Counted from the stretch's first letter, positions 1 through 15,337 are shown. The stretch: 64,000 nucleotides of DNA from Octopus vulgaris (GCA_951406725.2 OX597835.1:30380001-30444000); one strand, 5' to 3'. The notes: generated by a model from the letters alone, not told the origin. Numbers and translations: made by a program.

Positions 1-15
1 CAATTCTTGTTAAAT

Positions 16-66
16 AGCTTCCTGAAGATTTCTCTTGAATGAAACAGTACTAGTCCTGTAGAAGCT
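16..66 (+). ncRNA. Type I hammerhead ribozyme, near-canonical
   Basis: Stem I agcttc(16-21)/gaagct(61-66); core CTGAAGA 22-28; stem II ttc/gaa with first pair U.U; GAAA 41-44; stem III acag/ctgt; GUA cleavage triplet 58-60. Followed about 90 bp later by (TA)n. Confidence 0.75.
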
Positions 67-149
67 CCTTCTATATAATAAATTAATTTTACTCTGCTAT
101 GTATTGAGTACCTTACTTACTGTGGTTAACCCCGAATCAACCCGGGACC

Positions 150-198
<49 letters not shown>

Positions 199-201
<3 letters not shown>

Positions 202-550
202 CGCAAGTGTGGCTGTGTGGTAAGTAGCTTATTTACCAACCACATGGTTCCGGGTTCAGTCCCCTCGTGGATTTGGTAGACGGAAAAGGAAAGAAGTCCG
301 TCTTATAAATGTATATGTGTGTGTGTGTGTATTTTGTGTGTCTGTGTTTATCCCCCACCAACATCGCTTGATAACAGATGCTGGGTGTTTATGTCCCCGT
401 AACTTACCGGTTCGGCAAAGGAAAACCGTTAGAATAAGCACTAGGCTTACAAAGAATAAGTCCTGGAGTCAATTTGCTCGACTAAAAGGCGGTGCTCCAG
501 CATGGCCACAGTCACATGACTGTAAAAAGTAAGAGAGGTAAAGAGTATAA
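199..550 (+). mobile_element. tRNA-derived SINE family A (octopus CORE-like SINE), internally deleted copy
   Basis: Head ggcgcaagtgtggctgtgtggtaag...ggttccgggttcagtccc (A/B-box-like), internal (TG)n, 3' ggcggtgctccagcatggccacagtca...gtaaaaagtaagag; same motifs recur many times in window. Confidence 0.85.
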
Positions 551-728
551 AAATATGTGTGTGTGTGTGTCTCCTTTCAGTTTTCGTCTACGACATCCTC
601 TCGCAAGTCTTTGGTCGATGACACTTGCTCAAGGTGCCAGGTGTGGGACTGACTCCTGAACTGTGTGGTAGCCATGTACAAACATATACAAATATACGCA
701 TACAAACAGACACATATATGTATGCATG

Positions 729-784
<56 letters not shown>

Positions 785-923
785 CGTGTGTTTGTTGTAA
801 GTGTGTGTGTGTGTTTGTTGTGTGTGTGTGTGTGTCTGCATGGATCATATACATATATGCATATATATATATATGTATAAAGATATATAGATATATATAC
901 ATATACATATATATATATATATG

Positions 924-974
<51 letters not shown>

Positions 975-1045
975 ATATATACATATGTATATCTATATAT
1001 ATATGTATATATATATATACATATACATATATACATTTATATATT

Positions 1046-1077
<32 letters not shown>

Positions 1078-1365
1078 CACATACATATACATACAAGTAT
1101 AAATGTATAAATATATCACTATATCATATGGGCATATTCATATATTATCTATTTTGTTTCTATTACCACACCTGCATATATACATAAATATATATACTGA
1201 TATACATTCGCACGTGCACAGTCACACTCGCTCACACACACATAGGTACACATACATGCATATAGTACAATATAGTGATGATACACAATGTCTTCAACAC
1301 AGATATACATATATATGTGCGTGTGCGTGTATATATATGTCTGCGAATATGTGCATTTATATATG

Positions 1366-1398
<33 letters not shown>

Positions 1399-1533
1399 AT
1401 GTGTGTGTATGTGTGTGTGTGTGTAGGTTGATAGATAGATAGATTGTTATACAATCAGATACATAGTTATTTATATTGAAGGATATGAGAAAGCAATACA
1501 TGTACACCTGAACACTAACTCATACATATATCC

Positions 1534-1747
<214 letters not shown>

Positions 1748-1921
1748 ACATGTATACATATAAACATACATACGCATAAATGAATACACGTGTGACGAAA
1801 GCCACTGTATAATGCATAATACATGATAGCACGTGGAATGAGACAAGAATGTGTACGTAAAGGCGTATATAAACAAATGCGCTATTGATCACATGTATGT
1901 GTGTGTGTGTGTGTGTGTGTT

Positions 1922-1962
<41 letters not shown>

Positions 1963-1963
1963 C

Positions 1964-1994
<31 letters not shown>

Positions 1995-2149
1995 ATATAT
2001 ATATATGTATATATATATATGTATGTATATATATATATATGTATATATATATATGTATATATATATATGTATATATATATGTGTGTATATATATATATAT
2101 ATATACATGTATATATATATATTGGTCTACACCTATATATCTGTACATA

Positions 2150-2382
2150 TCCTTTTCTCTTATTCTTATAGTCTTTTGCTTGTTACAGTCACTTCACTGT
2201 GGCCATGCTGGAGCACCGCCTGTAGTCGTGCGAGTCGACTCAAGGATTTAAATTTTGTAAGTCTAGTACTTATTCTGTCGCTCTATTTTGTTAAACCGCT
2301 AAGTTACTGGGATGTAAACAGAGCAACATCGGTTGTCAAGCGTTGCTGGGAGGATAAATATATACATACACTCACCCACACA

Positions 2383-2428
<46 letters not shown>

Positions 2429-2625
2429 TACACACACACATATATATATATATGCACTCGACGAGTTTCTTTCAGTTTCCGTCTAACAAATCCACTGACA
2501 AGCCTTCGTAGGCCCGAGGCTATAGCAGAAGACACAGGCCCAATTTGTCTGAACCCGGAGAGGGACTGAACCCGGAGCCATGTGGTTGGGAAGCAAGCTT
2601 CTTGCCACACTCCCACTCCTATGCG
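2150..2625 (-). mobile_element. SINE family A, full-length diverged copy
   Basis: Reverse complement of family A motifs (ccatgctggagcaccgcc; tttcagtttccgtct; ggactgaacccggagccatgtggttgg) with internal (CA)n. Confidence 0.85.
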
Positions 2626-2642
2626 TCTAGCTTTTTTTATTA

Positions 2643-2727
<85 letters not shown>
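2643..2727. repeat. (TATC)n tetranucleotide microsatellite
   Basis: Direct inspection. Confidence 0.97.
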
Positions 2728-2728
<1 letters not shown>

Positions 2729-2897
2729 GTGCGTGTGTGTATCGATTAATCAAGTTATCAATTTATCTATTATTTCTTTGTCTTTACCTCTCCTTCTTTC
2801 GCCCTTTCCGCCTCTCTCTCTCTTTTTACGCGCACACGCACATATATATTTGCATTGCAATATTTTGGGACGATCATCTGCCAATTATATGCGTGTG

Positions 2898-2941
<44 letters not shown>

Positions 2942-2964
2942 TATATATGTACATATACATATAT

Positions 2965-3373
2965 AGGCGCAGGAGTGGCTGTGTGGTAAGTAGCTTGCTA
3001 ACCAACCACATGGTTCTGGGTTCAGTCCCACTGCGTGGCATCTTGGGCAAGTGTCTTCTGCTATAGTCTCGGGCCGACCAATGCCTTGTGAGTGGATTTG
3101 GTAGACAGAAACTGAAAGAAGCCTGTCGTATATATGTATATATATATATGTATGTGTGTATGTGTTTGTGTGTCTGTGTTTGTCACCCTAGCATTGCTTG
3201 ACAACCGATGCTGGGTGTGTTTATGTTCCCGTTACTTAGCGGTTCGGCAAAAGAGACCGATAGAATAAGTACTGGGCTTACAAAAGAATAAGTCCCGGGG
3301 TCGAGTTGCTCGATTAAAGGCGGTGCTCCAGCATGGCCGCAGTCAAATGACTGAAACAAGTAAAAGAGTAAAA
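2965..3373 (+). mobile_element. SINE family A, well-preserved full-length copy
   Basis: aggcgcaggagtggctgtgtggtaagtagcttgc head, CORE-like cttgggcaagtgtctt, internal TA/TG microsatellite, tail gaaacaagtaaaagagtaaaa. Confidence 0.9.
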
Positions 3374-3885
3374 TATGTGTGTGTGTGTGTGTATATGTAT
3401 ATTTATATATATTTATATACGTATATATTTACATATGTATATATATATGTATATATATACACATACATATATATTCATATACATTAATATATATGGTGGT
3501 ATGTGTGCATACGTATATATATTTATATATATATATATATATATACATGCCTCCATATATGTATATGTATATATATACACACATACATGCATCTCTATGC
3601 ATTCATGTATTTGTGACAGCTTTTTGCACATATGCATGGGTTGCGATATACACATATATATATATGTCTGTGTTTGTGTGTGGGTGGGTGTAATCATCTT
3701 TCTCTCTCTTCCTCTCTCTCTCTTCCTCTCTCTCTCTTCTCTCCGTCTCTCTGTCTCTCTCCACCTACATCTCTATCCTCACTCTCTCTCTCTTTATAAA
3801 AAAAATACACAAGCACGCACAAATATATACATAAAAGTACATATGTATGCAAATATATCGATATATATGTACATATCTGAATATA

Positions 3886-3932
<47 letters not shown>

Positions 3933-3937
<5 letters not shown>

Positions 3938-4066
3938 GGTATGTAGAAAAATACAACATGGACAAGAACGTATAACTCAAGAAGACGATACAATAAACAC
4001 GGACAGGACATTCGAAACCCTCAGTCTTCAGTCAAGAACCGGATCATCGTAGTAATTTCGGCTGAT

Positions 4067-4068
<2 letters not shown>
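3933..4068 (-). repeat. Short dispersed repeat between (TA)n runs (probable Penelope-like terminal fragment)
   Basis: Near-identical reverse complement of 14425-14560; diverged relative at 52740-52910. Confidence 0.7.
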
Positions 4069-4097
<29 letters not shown>

Positions 4098-4163
4098 GTA
4101 TGTATGTATATATATGTGTGTGTGTGTAGAAATATACACACAAATATTTAAGTATACTTAATG

Positions 4164-4206
<43 letters not shown>

Positions 4207-4326
4207 CGTATATATATATGTACATATATATATTAAATTATATATATTTGTATATGCGTGTGTATGAATATATGTATATACATAAATATATAGTATATAT
4301 AGTATATTTCATATATATATATATAA

Positions 4327-4381
<55 letters not shown>

Positions 4382-4535
4382 CATACACACACATATAAAA
4401 TAAATATACGTTATATCCTCTAGTGGTGCTATTAAGTTAGACATGGCCTGGACCAATCTTTGGTCGAAACATATCTAAGTTTTATCTAAGTTTTATATAA
4501 ATATATATGTATATATATATATGTATGTATACATA

Positions 4536-4628
<93 letters not shown>

Positions 4629-4977
4629 TTGCATAATATTATACTATGCATATGTGTATGTCTATGTACATACTTACATAAATGAATTAAAGTGACGTAA
4701 TTATAACCATGGGCTGTCCAATGCCTTCTCCGAAAATTTAGTAAATGAAATTTGTGCAGAATCACTGTGGTCATTGTTATGCATTTATATCTCTCTGGCA
4801 GCCGAAATTTATGTTCTCAGATCCTTGTAACATAACAGTTTGGCGAAAGATACCAATAGAATGAGTACCAGACGACAAAAGTAATTACAAGAATCGATTT
4901 CCTCGACTAAACACTTGAACCTGGTGCCCTAGTATGACCGTAATCCAATGATTGGGGCAAGCAAATGACACACACAC

Positions 4978-5026
<49 letters not shown>

Positions 5027-5054
5027 TGCGTGTATGTGTTTGTGGGTGTGTGTT

Positions 5055-5134
<80 letters not shown>

Positions 5135-5426
5135 TTTCATTTTTATTTCTCAATTATTTTAATCATTAGACTCAGACAATTCTGTGGCACTGCTTTGAGG
5201 TATTCATAGTCGAAAGCATTGAATTCTCTTTTATCGACTCCGGTTTTTTAAAAGTTTTCTGCCTGGTGCTTATTCTATCGATTATGTTGCCGAAACGCTA
5301 TAATTTGTGTACATGCATACGTACATATGTATGTATATTTATACTCATGTATTTGTATACATACATACATACACACACACACATATATATATATATATAC
5401 ATATAAGTAATATAAGAATATGCTTG

Positions 5427-5468
<42 letters not shown>

Positions 5469-5630
5469 TATGCATACACAAACACATACATATACATATG
5501 GACATATATGTATATATGTATACATGTATAAATACATATCGATGCACACACATGTGTATATCGTACTTAACCCAATACTGTATTTAAGTTTATAAGCATA
5601 CATATTCATCTAGGTGCGATAACCTGGATG

Positions 5631-5698
<68 letters not shown>

Positions 5699-6008
5699 TA
5701 TAACTATAATTTACATTAATATAAAAAATGTAATTTTATAAAGTTACTGGTATACATACATGTAAGTATATATGTAGATATACACATATGTGTGTGTGTG
5801 TGACTGTGTGATTGTGTGTGACTTTGTATCTATACATAAACCTACGAATATTATTATCACATATGCATATTTCTAGATGGATAGATTTTTATATGATTGT
5901 GTAACTATCAGTATGTTTGTCAATATATGGACACATATATATATTATAATACACATATGTGTATTAATACATGGAGACATATCTAAGTATTATATATATC
6001 TATAAGTC

Positions 6009-6042
<34 letters not shown>

Positions 6043-6133
6043 TGTTTCTGTGTGAGTGTGTGTGTGCGTGTGTATGCGTGTGAGAATGTATCATACAGAT
6101 ATATAATATACACAGGTCTGTGTATGTGGTACG

Positions 6134-6240
<107 letters not shown>

Positions 6241-6672
6241 TATATATATGTGTATATATGTACATACATGTATATACATGTAGATAGATATATGTATATA
6301 TTCACATATATTTTTGTTTATATATATGCATGCCATTCTTTTATACATATATATATATATATATATACATATATATTTGCACGCACGCACACACACATAC
6401 AGACTCACGCACACACACACACACACACACATACACCCCCCACACACTCATACACGCACACACGTTTCTTTTAATTGACTGCACTTGTCAATTGTGTTTC
6501 CACAAATGAGCCTTTCGGGAAACACCCGTTACTTCGATAATTTAGGTTTCGCGCGATTAAAATTAAGAAAATCGTTTATATAGCTCTTTGGAATGGATAC
6601 TCCATCAACTCTGTGTTTGCATTTCGTTCTCTTTCTTTATCACACACACACACACACACACTCTCTCTCTCC

Positions 6673-6705
<33 letters not shown>

Positions 6706-6709
6706 GATA

Positions 6710-6760
<51 letters not shown>

Positions 6761-6779
6761 ATACATATGTATATATACA

Positions 6780-6811
<32 letters not shown>

Positions 6812-6847
6812 TAAGAATATATATATATATATTTAAGAATATATATA

Positions 6848-7099
6848 TACTCTTTTACACTTTTACTTGTGTCAGTCATTTGACTGTGGTCTTGCTCGAG
6901 CACCACTTTTAGTCGAGCAAATCCACCCCAGGACTTATTCTTTGTAAGCCTAGTACTTATTCTATCGGTCTCTTTTGCCGAACCGCTAAGTTACGGGGAC
7001 GTAAACACACCAGCAACGGTTGTCAAGCGATGTTGAGGGGTCAAACACAGACATACAAACATATACACACATACATACACACACACACACACACACACG

Positions 7100-7154
<55 letters not shown>

Positions 7155-7284
7155 GACAGGCTTCTTTCAGTTTCCGTCTAGCAAATCCACACACAAGGCT
7201 TTGGTCGGCTCGAGGTTATAGTAGAAGACACTTGCCCAAGGTGCCACGCAGTGGGACCGAACCGGGAACCATGTGGTTCGTAAG

Positions 7285-7287
<3 letters not shown>
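6848..7287 (-). mobile_element. SINE family A, slightly 5'-truncated
   Basis: Reverse-complement family A motifs including gacacttgcccaaggtgccacgcagtgggaccgaacc. Confidence 0.9.
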
Positions 7288-7327
<40 letters not shown>

Positions 7328-7743
7328 CATATATTCGTGTGTGTCTATTCTGTTTGTATAAGCCTGAGTACGAGTGTATATAATAGTATATATTATTTGC
7401 GTATATATATATGAAGAAATGTGTGTTTACGCTTGTGTGTTTACAAACACACACGTGCGCGAACGCACGTGCAAACACATATATTCTCTCTTTGTCTCTA
7501 TCACCTCTTCTGTCTCCCGCTCCCTCTCCCTTGTCTCTTTCTTTCTTTCTCTCTGTCTCCTTCTCTCTCTCGCCCGCCTTCATAGACGCACACACGCAAT
7601 AATTGTAAGAATGACCATCGAACACACAGACAAGAATGAATGATACTCACACAGAGATCAATGTGTATGATACAAACAATGTTACCCAAAACAGGTACAC
7701 ACACGCACAAATACATATACACGTACAGGCACACATACATACA

Positions 7744-7779
<36 letters not shown>

Positions 7780-7851
7780 TACATACATACATGTATATAG
7801 ATAGAAGTTCATATATATATATATCTATATATATATGCATGTATATATGTA

Positions 7852-7905
<54 letters not shown>

Positions 7906-8175
7906 CATAAATACATACATACACATACACGCGTATATATATAGAGAGGGAGATAGATAGATACATAGATACGTAGATAGATAGATAGAAAGATAGATAG
8001 ATACATTGATAGATAGATATATATATATAAATAGATAGATAGATAAATAGACAGATAGACAGATAGACAGATAGATATAGATATGTATGTACATATATAT
8101 ATATATGAATATATATATATACAGATATATATATATGTATATACAAATAGAGCTTGTATAGTGACATATATATTC

Positions 8176-8238
<63 letters not shown>

Positions 8239-8396
8239 AATATATATTGATTGATTGATTGATTGATTGATTCTAGTTTCAGCTTATGAGCTGTGGCCAT
8301 GCTGGGGCACCGCCATTTGGTGTTGCTACTTGGTTTCACTTCACGAAAGCTTTCTAGCAACTTCCATTTGGTGCATGAGAGAGTTCGATGCAGCTG

Positions 8397-8435
<39 letters not shown>

Positions 8436-8650
8436 TGCATGTTCATTTATATATGTATATATACGTCTAAGTTTTGGTATACGTGTATATATATATATCT
8501 GTGTATATTCATAAAAAGGTGTGCAATGGTGGTGCCCCTGCACGGTCACAGCCTTAGAGGTGAAACATTCGAAAGAATTAAAGAATAAGAGAATACATGC
8601 ACACTTGCATCACAATATGTGATGTACATCTATACACACACACACACACA

Positions 8651-8745
<95 letters not shown>

Positions 8746-8764
8746 GTGTATATATACACACATG

Positions 8765-8887
<123 letters not shown>

Positions 8888-8980
8888 TTTCATATACATA
8901 TATATGCGTGTATATCTATGTGTGTATATATACATATATTCATATATATATGCACATATATACATATATATCTATGTATA

Positions 8981-9034
<54 letters not shown>

Positions 9035-9393
9035 TATATATGTATATATAACACAAAGTAAGGTATGGGTTATGGGTGTAACCCACTAAAGGATAGTATT
9101 TATCCAATATACTGTTGGTAAAGAACCCAGATTCTTAATACATAAATATTTTTAATTGCAATGCAATTAACTCATTGATTGTATTAAACGGGTGACGGTA
9201 AAGAAATATTTTTACCTTTAATTTATGATACAAATAAAAAAAAATGGAGAAACAAATTTAATTTGTTCATCAACTTTCGGATATTAGAATGTTGAATTAT
9301 TTATTCATTTAAGAAAATGAGAACCTTAATAGCATACATATCCGAAAGTTGATGAACTAAATTTATATCTCTATTTTTGTTTTTGTATTATAC

Positions 9394-9445
<52 letters not shown>

Positions 9446-9532
9446 GTATGTATATATGTGCTTGTACCTTCATCGGATGTATGTACCATGTTGATTTTTG
9501 AGGCTCAAAACTTTTTATAAACCCCTCGTACA

Positions 9533-9565
<33 letters not shown>

Positions 9566-9960
9566 TCATATACATACAGAGAGAGAGAGAAGGAAAGAGA
9601 GAGAGGAGGACAAGGAGAGAGAATGATAAGGAGATAGTGAGAGCGATAGGTAGATGCATATGTATGTATGTATTCGTATGGGGCAAATCCAAAGTGAGTA
9701 GGGCATGTTTTAGATGATGTCGCGAAAGTACACGAACAGATTTTAGTAAACGGCCTGATAGATTGTGCAAACTATTAATTAAATAGCTGTTTAGTTCTAT
9801 CGGTTAAGTACTTAACCAGTTGAGCAATACGTATAATTCAAATAGCGTTAGTGCATAAATTTCATATTGGCCGTTCAAAGATACAAGTAGCTCTCTTTTA
9901 CCTCATGGCTCTATATACAGTATCCCCGAAAACATAACCGGCTTATATATACATACATAC

Positions 9961-10038
<78 letters not shown>

Positions 10039-10120
10039 CAATTGCAGCGTGGAAGGTGTTTATAAGCCATTTAAGAAACACACAAAAGCCGTTCGATTCA
10101 CTCCAACATTTAAGTTTAAT

Positions 10121-10168
10121 TTGTCAAAATATTTTCGTCGCTAAAATCCGCGACCTGTTCACTGACAA
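10121..10168 (-). ncRNA. Minimal hammerhead-like motif with G3-C8 core (GUGAACA)
   Basis: Minus strand: ttgtca GTGAACA g gtcgc ggatttta gcgac GAAA atat TT tgacaa; stems I and II fully paired, palindromic stem III; element flanked by (TA)n. Confidence 0.6.
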
Positions 10169-10316
10169 AGTCCGTGCTGCATCTCATATATATATATAGT
10201 TAATATATATATATAGTTAATCCAAACAAGAAAACACCAAAAAAAAACACACCAAGGCGAGGACGTGGAACAAATAAAGTATTATTGGACGCTCAGGAAA
10301 GAAGGGAAGAAGGAGG

Positions 10317-10351
10317 GTTTAACGTTTCGAGCGGAGCTCTTCGTCGGAAAC
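10317..10351 (-). ncRNA. Minimal hammerhead-like motif (CCGACGA core)
   Basis: Minus strand: gttt CCGACGA a gagc tcc gctc GAAA cg TT aaac; lies in repeat 10215-10420. Confidence 0.6.
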
Positions 10352-10455
10352 ATAGGAGAAGGAAAGATCCAGAGAAGGGAAGACAGAGGAAAGAAATCGG
10401 CAGCGGTACTCACGAGGTCACATGCATTTGTATACATGTGTGTATGCATGTCTCT

Positions 10456-10529
<74 letters not shown>

Positions 10530-10981
10530 ATATACACATGTATATATTTTCGGCTTACTTGTAATCGTCAGAATATCTGAAGAAGGAGGGCAAGCTGAAA
10601 CTTCGAAGTCCATTCAAAGATTTGTTGAGTAAAATTTCGTTATAGTTATCAAATACCTTTCAAACTAAAAAAAAACATTGAGAAAGTTGGCAGTTGAATA
10701 TTTTAATTGCTTGTTATATAGAACTTGGCATAAAGACAAAGATTATATCTATACAGATAAAATGAGGCGATGAGCAACGGCTAGAAGAATATTGAGCTTT
10801 ATTTGATAACCAGCCTCATATCATTGAGCGGAGCCGATGCGCATTGATGTTATCGAGAGGTAGGCCCCGAATCGGCGCGAATCCTCTCCTGATGACCCCA
10901 TTTACCTGCTGGCTTCCGGTATGCGGAACTCTCGACAGGTAGCACTTGCACGTGCAAGTTGTTTGCAAAACATCAGAGGTA

Positions 10982-11020
<39 letters not shown>

Positions 11021-11919
11021 AGGAGAGGAAGAAAGAAAGAAAGTGTGTGTACATTTATATCTTATGCACTCACTCACTCACTTATGTCAGGAGAGATTTC
11101 GTGTATTATGCTGACCAACCATATTTGGTAAAAGAGTTTATTTGGATTAAGTCAATAATTTACAAAAATATTTCAGCGCATTGGACATTGGACGTTCGCT
11201 CACTTGAACATTGTCAATTGGACACTCACTCACGGCGTTAATGCCTTCAACCATCTACGGTGGAAAAACCAACGCACCAATTTTATATTCATATTTCTCT
11301 ATTTCTTAATGACCATTGCGTGATAGGAAATGCTAAGGAGCCATTTATAAATCTGTGTCATTTGTAGAAACTGCGTTAGCAACGGATTGAGGTTTGTACG
11401 AAATATTTTCTAGGCACTTCATTCTGTAGGGTAGTGTTATGAACTAATAAAAATTTGAATAAAGCCAACTTTTTGTCTGTATTAATGGTTCTAGTGACAT
11501 TTTTCCATGGTGGAAGATATGTTATTCTCGATACATATATTCCACAGAGCGTACAGTACGAAATAGCACCAACATAGATACATTCATGCATACATACATA
11601 CAAATACAAATACCCTGTTGTTGATGTTGAAATGCCAGTGAAGAATCCTTGGATCTAGGTTAGAAACTGGCTCTTTCTCTATTGGCAAGAAATCTTGAGA
11701 TAAAACTGAACAATAACACACATACATACAAAGACACACACACACACACACAAGTATTTCTCTTTTAGAATGGATTGCCATCTACTTTTTGTATCGAAAT
11801 GGATTTTAATCCAATATTTATTCGATTCCTTTTATATCTTTATACGCTTCAAGTTTCACCGTTCCAGAAAAACGTTATTATTCGAAGTTTCTCTATTGTT
11901 ATGACATCCACCATTAATT

Positions 11920-12130
11920 CGGTGAGCTGGCAGAATCGTTAGCGTTCCGGACAAACTGTTTGTCGACATTTCGTTCGTCTTTATACACTGAGTTCGAATC
12001 TGCCCAAGTTGATTTTGTTTTCTCTTCTGTCGGGTTCGTTAAAATAAATACCAACTAACCAGTGGGGTCGGTGAAAACGACTTACGTCCTGTGCGGAAGT
12101 TGTTGGCTTTGACCGAAACTTGAAATCATT
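11920..12130 (+). mobile_element. SINE family B, degenerate
   Basis: ggtgagctggcagaatcgttagc...gagttcgaatc...aaataaataccaa...tggggtcg, matches 52054-52288. Confidence 0.7.
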
Positions 12131-12438
12131 ATGTGGCGCACATATATGCATATATGTGTAAGTGTGTGAGTGTGTGTGTGTGAGTGTATTAGTATGCGTA
12201 TATGCATATATATATAGTCCACATTCACGGAAAATGAAAGACGAAGACTTTGAGGGAACAGCAAGTAGGTGTATTAGTTTCACGCTTAGGAAGACTTGAA
12301 TGGACATTGACGTTTCGAGCCTACGATCTTCGAGTGAGAGGGTTGAGAGGAAAAAAATAGAAGAGAGTGAAAAAAAAAGAAAAAGAAACGGAGAGAGAAA
12401 AATGTGTATTTAACGGTTCATGTATATCAATGTCATAC

Positions 12439-12473
<35 letters not shown>

Positions 12474-12570
12474 ATGTATATATATATATATACAGGAGTA
12501 AACACATAAATGTGAAACAAGGTGGAAAAAATAGTACTCAAATACCAGAGGTAGAGTAATATGCTTATTA

Positions 12571-12670
12571 AAAAGCAGCAGAAATTCAACAAAAACTGTT
12601 ACTCGGAGTTTCACGTTCCCATTCGTCGGAAACTCCGAGTAACAGTTTTTGTTGAATTTCTGCTGCTTTT
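12571..12670. repeat. Perfect 42-bp inverted repeat with 16-nt spacer, containing a hammerhead-like core
   Basis: 12571-12612 is the exact reverse complement of 12629-12670; minus strand reads CCGACGA atgggaacgt GAAAC; same family as 39953-40015. Confidence 0.9.
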
Positions 12671-12677
12671 AAATAAA

Positions 12678-12748
<71 letters not shown>

Positions 12749-13433
12749 TGTATGTATATATGTATGTATGTATCTATACACACACACATGGTGTGAACTG
12801 GAGCACATATGTTACCATTAGAGTGTGGCTACAGAGGGAATAGGTAGTTTCGAACTTTATAAAGGATACTGAATAAAGCCCACAGACATTATTTTATTTG
12901 AATGCGTGTATGCGTGTATCAATGGATGCATGCGTAAGCACGCATGCATAAACATATATATATATATATGCATATAAATGTATATGATATATATATGTAC
13001 ACATATATGTATATATATATATTTATTCAAATACATAACGTCGCCAATATTTATACAAGGTTGTGCACGTTATTTATTTCCTGCGAGTGTGTGTGTGTGC
13101 ACGCGCATATGTATTGCCTTCAAATTTGGGCACAGCCTCGAAAATTTCAGCGAATAAATAGTGGACTACATCGACACCAGTATATAACTGGTACATATTT
13201 TACCGTTTCCTGAAAAGACGAAAGACAAAATCGATCTTCACTGAATTTGAACTCAAACTAAAGATGAAAAAAAAAGCATTTTCCATGACGAAATAAACGA
13301 TTTTCCTAGGTCGGCGCTCCATATCAGCGTATATATATATAATCACATCCATATATATGTACATACATTTATATACATATGTATATGTATGCAAACGCAG
13401 ACATGTATTAAGATATATATGTATATATATATA

Positions 13434-13472
<39 letters not shown>

Positions 13473-13593
13473 GAACATTTGGGGGAATAAAATCCAAACT
13501 TACAAGGAACAAAATTCAATTTAGAAATACTAAACCAAATTTCACACAATATAATATATATATAAAAATTAAAGGGTGTATTTTTTCTAATTT

Positions 13594-13659
<66 letters not shown>

Positions 13660-13751
13660 TATTATATATATGTACATATATATACATATATATATATATA
13701 AAATATATATATATATAAATATATTATATATATGTACATATATATACATGC

Positions 13752-13782
<31 letters not shown>

Positions 13783-13819
13783 TATTATATATATGTACAT
13801 ATATATACATGCATACTTG

Positions 13820-13850
<31 letters not shown>

Positions 13851-13854
13851 GCGT

Positions 13855-14040
13855 GTATATGTTTGTGTGTCTGTGTTTGTACCCCAACATCGCACGGCAA
13901 ACGATGGTGGGGTGTTTACGAACTTGGCGGTTCGGTAAAAGAGCCAGATAGAATAAGTCCTGGGGTCGATTTGCTCGACTAAAATCGGTGCTCCAGCATG
14001 TCCGCAGTCAAATCACTGAAACAAGTAAAAGAGTAAAGAA
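13855..14040 (+). mobile_element. SINE family A, 3' half
   Basis: gtgtctgtgtttgt...ggtgctccagcatg...gaaacaagtaaaagagtaaag. Confidence 0.85.
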
Positions 14041-14108
14041 TATGCACATAGATATCGATATGTACATTTAATCTATATCTATCGATCAATCTATCTATCG
14101 ATCGATCG

Positions 14109-14179
<71 letters not shown>

Positions 14180-14349
14180 CATATATCTATCTATCTATAT
14201 ATCTATCTATCTATCTATCTATCTATATATATATATATATATATATATGCGTGTGTGGGTGTCGGTGTGTGTTTCTGTGTATACCTGTGTATTATGAGTA
14301 CATACACACACGCACACACACACACATATATATCAATCATCTATCTATC

Positions 14350-14406
<57 letters not shown>

Positions 14407-14424
14407 GTGTATATATATATATAT

Positions 14425-14555
14425 AATCAGCCGAAATTACTACGATGATCCGGTTCTTGACTGAAGACTGAGGGTTTCGAATGTCCTGTCCATGTTTATT
14501 GTATCGTCTTCGAAGAGTTATACGTTCTTGTCCATGTTGTATTTTTCTACATACC

Positions 14556-14560
<5 letters not shown>
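14425..14560 (+). repeat. Short dispersed repeat between (TA)n runs, inverted copy of 3933-4068
   Basis: aatcagccgaaattactacgatgatccggttcttgactgaagactgagggtttcgaatgtcc. Confidence 0.7.
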
Positions 14561-14618
<58 letters not shown>

Positions 14619-15163
14619 TATACATCTGCTTCACAGTTTTTTCGATTGTTGTATACGTTCAGATGAACGTGCGTGTGTGTAGGTGCGTGAGTATGCCAAC
14701 GGCGTGCACACGAAACGTTTGTGACCGTGTGTCAGTCACATCCATTTTCGTGTAGGGATTGCTATATGCTACACCAGACACACACATATCCACACACCCA
14801 GACGCACGGACACACACACACACACATTCAAGCTCACACACAAGAAGCAAAATAGCAAACCAAACGTAATACTTTGTACGTATGTATGTGTCTATGTATA
14901 TATGTTCGTATACATTTATTCTTTTCTTCTTTTATTGTTTAATTTCTTAAAGTCATTTGACTGCGGCCGTGCTGGAGCACTAACTTAAAGGAAGAAATCA
15001 ACCTCAGGTCTTATTCTTTGTAAGTCAAGCACTTAATGTATCGTGTTCATTGATGAACGGTTAGGGACGTAAACAAACCATCTTCCGTTGTCAAGCGGTG
15101 ATGGACGGACTCTCTCTCTCTCATACACACACACACACACATAAATATATCTATATCTATATC

Positions 15164-15201
<38 letters not shown>

Positions 15202-15337
15202 ATGTATATGTATATTCATAAATAATGAAGTATTATCACTGTTATTTATAGTATTAATAAGGTGGCTAGCTAGTTCACACCTTTCCAGGAACAGTATAGG
15301 AAATTAGCAAGTGCTGTTATATACCCTGCTGAATCGC

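Noticed and set aside
10889-10940. CTGATGA followed by GGAAC
   Set aside because: No GAAA box or consistent three-stem fold
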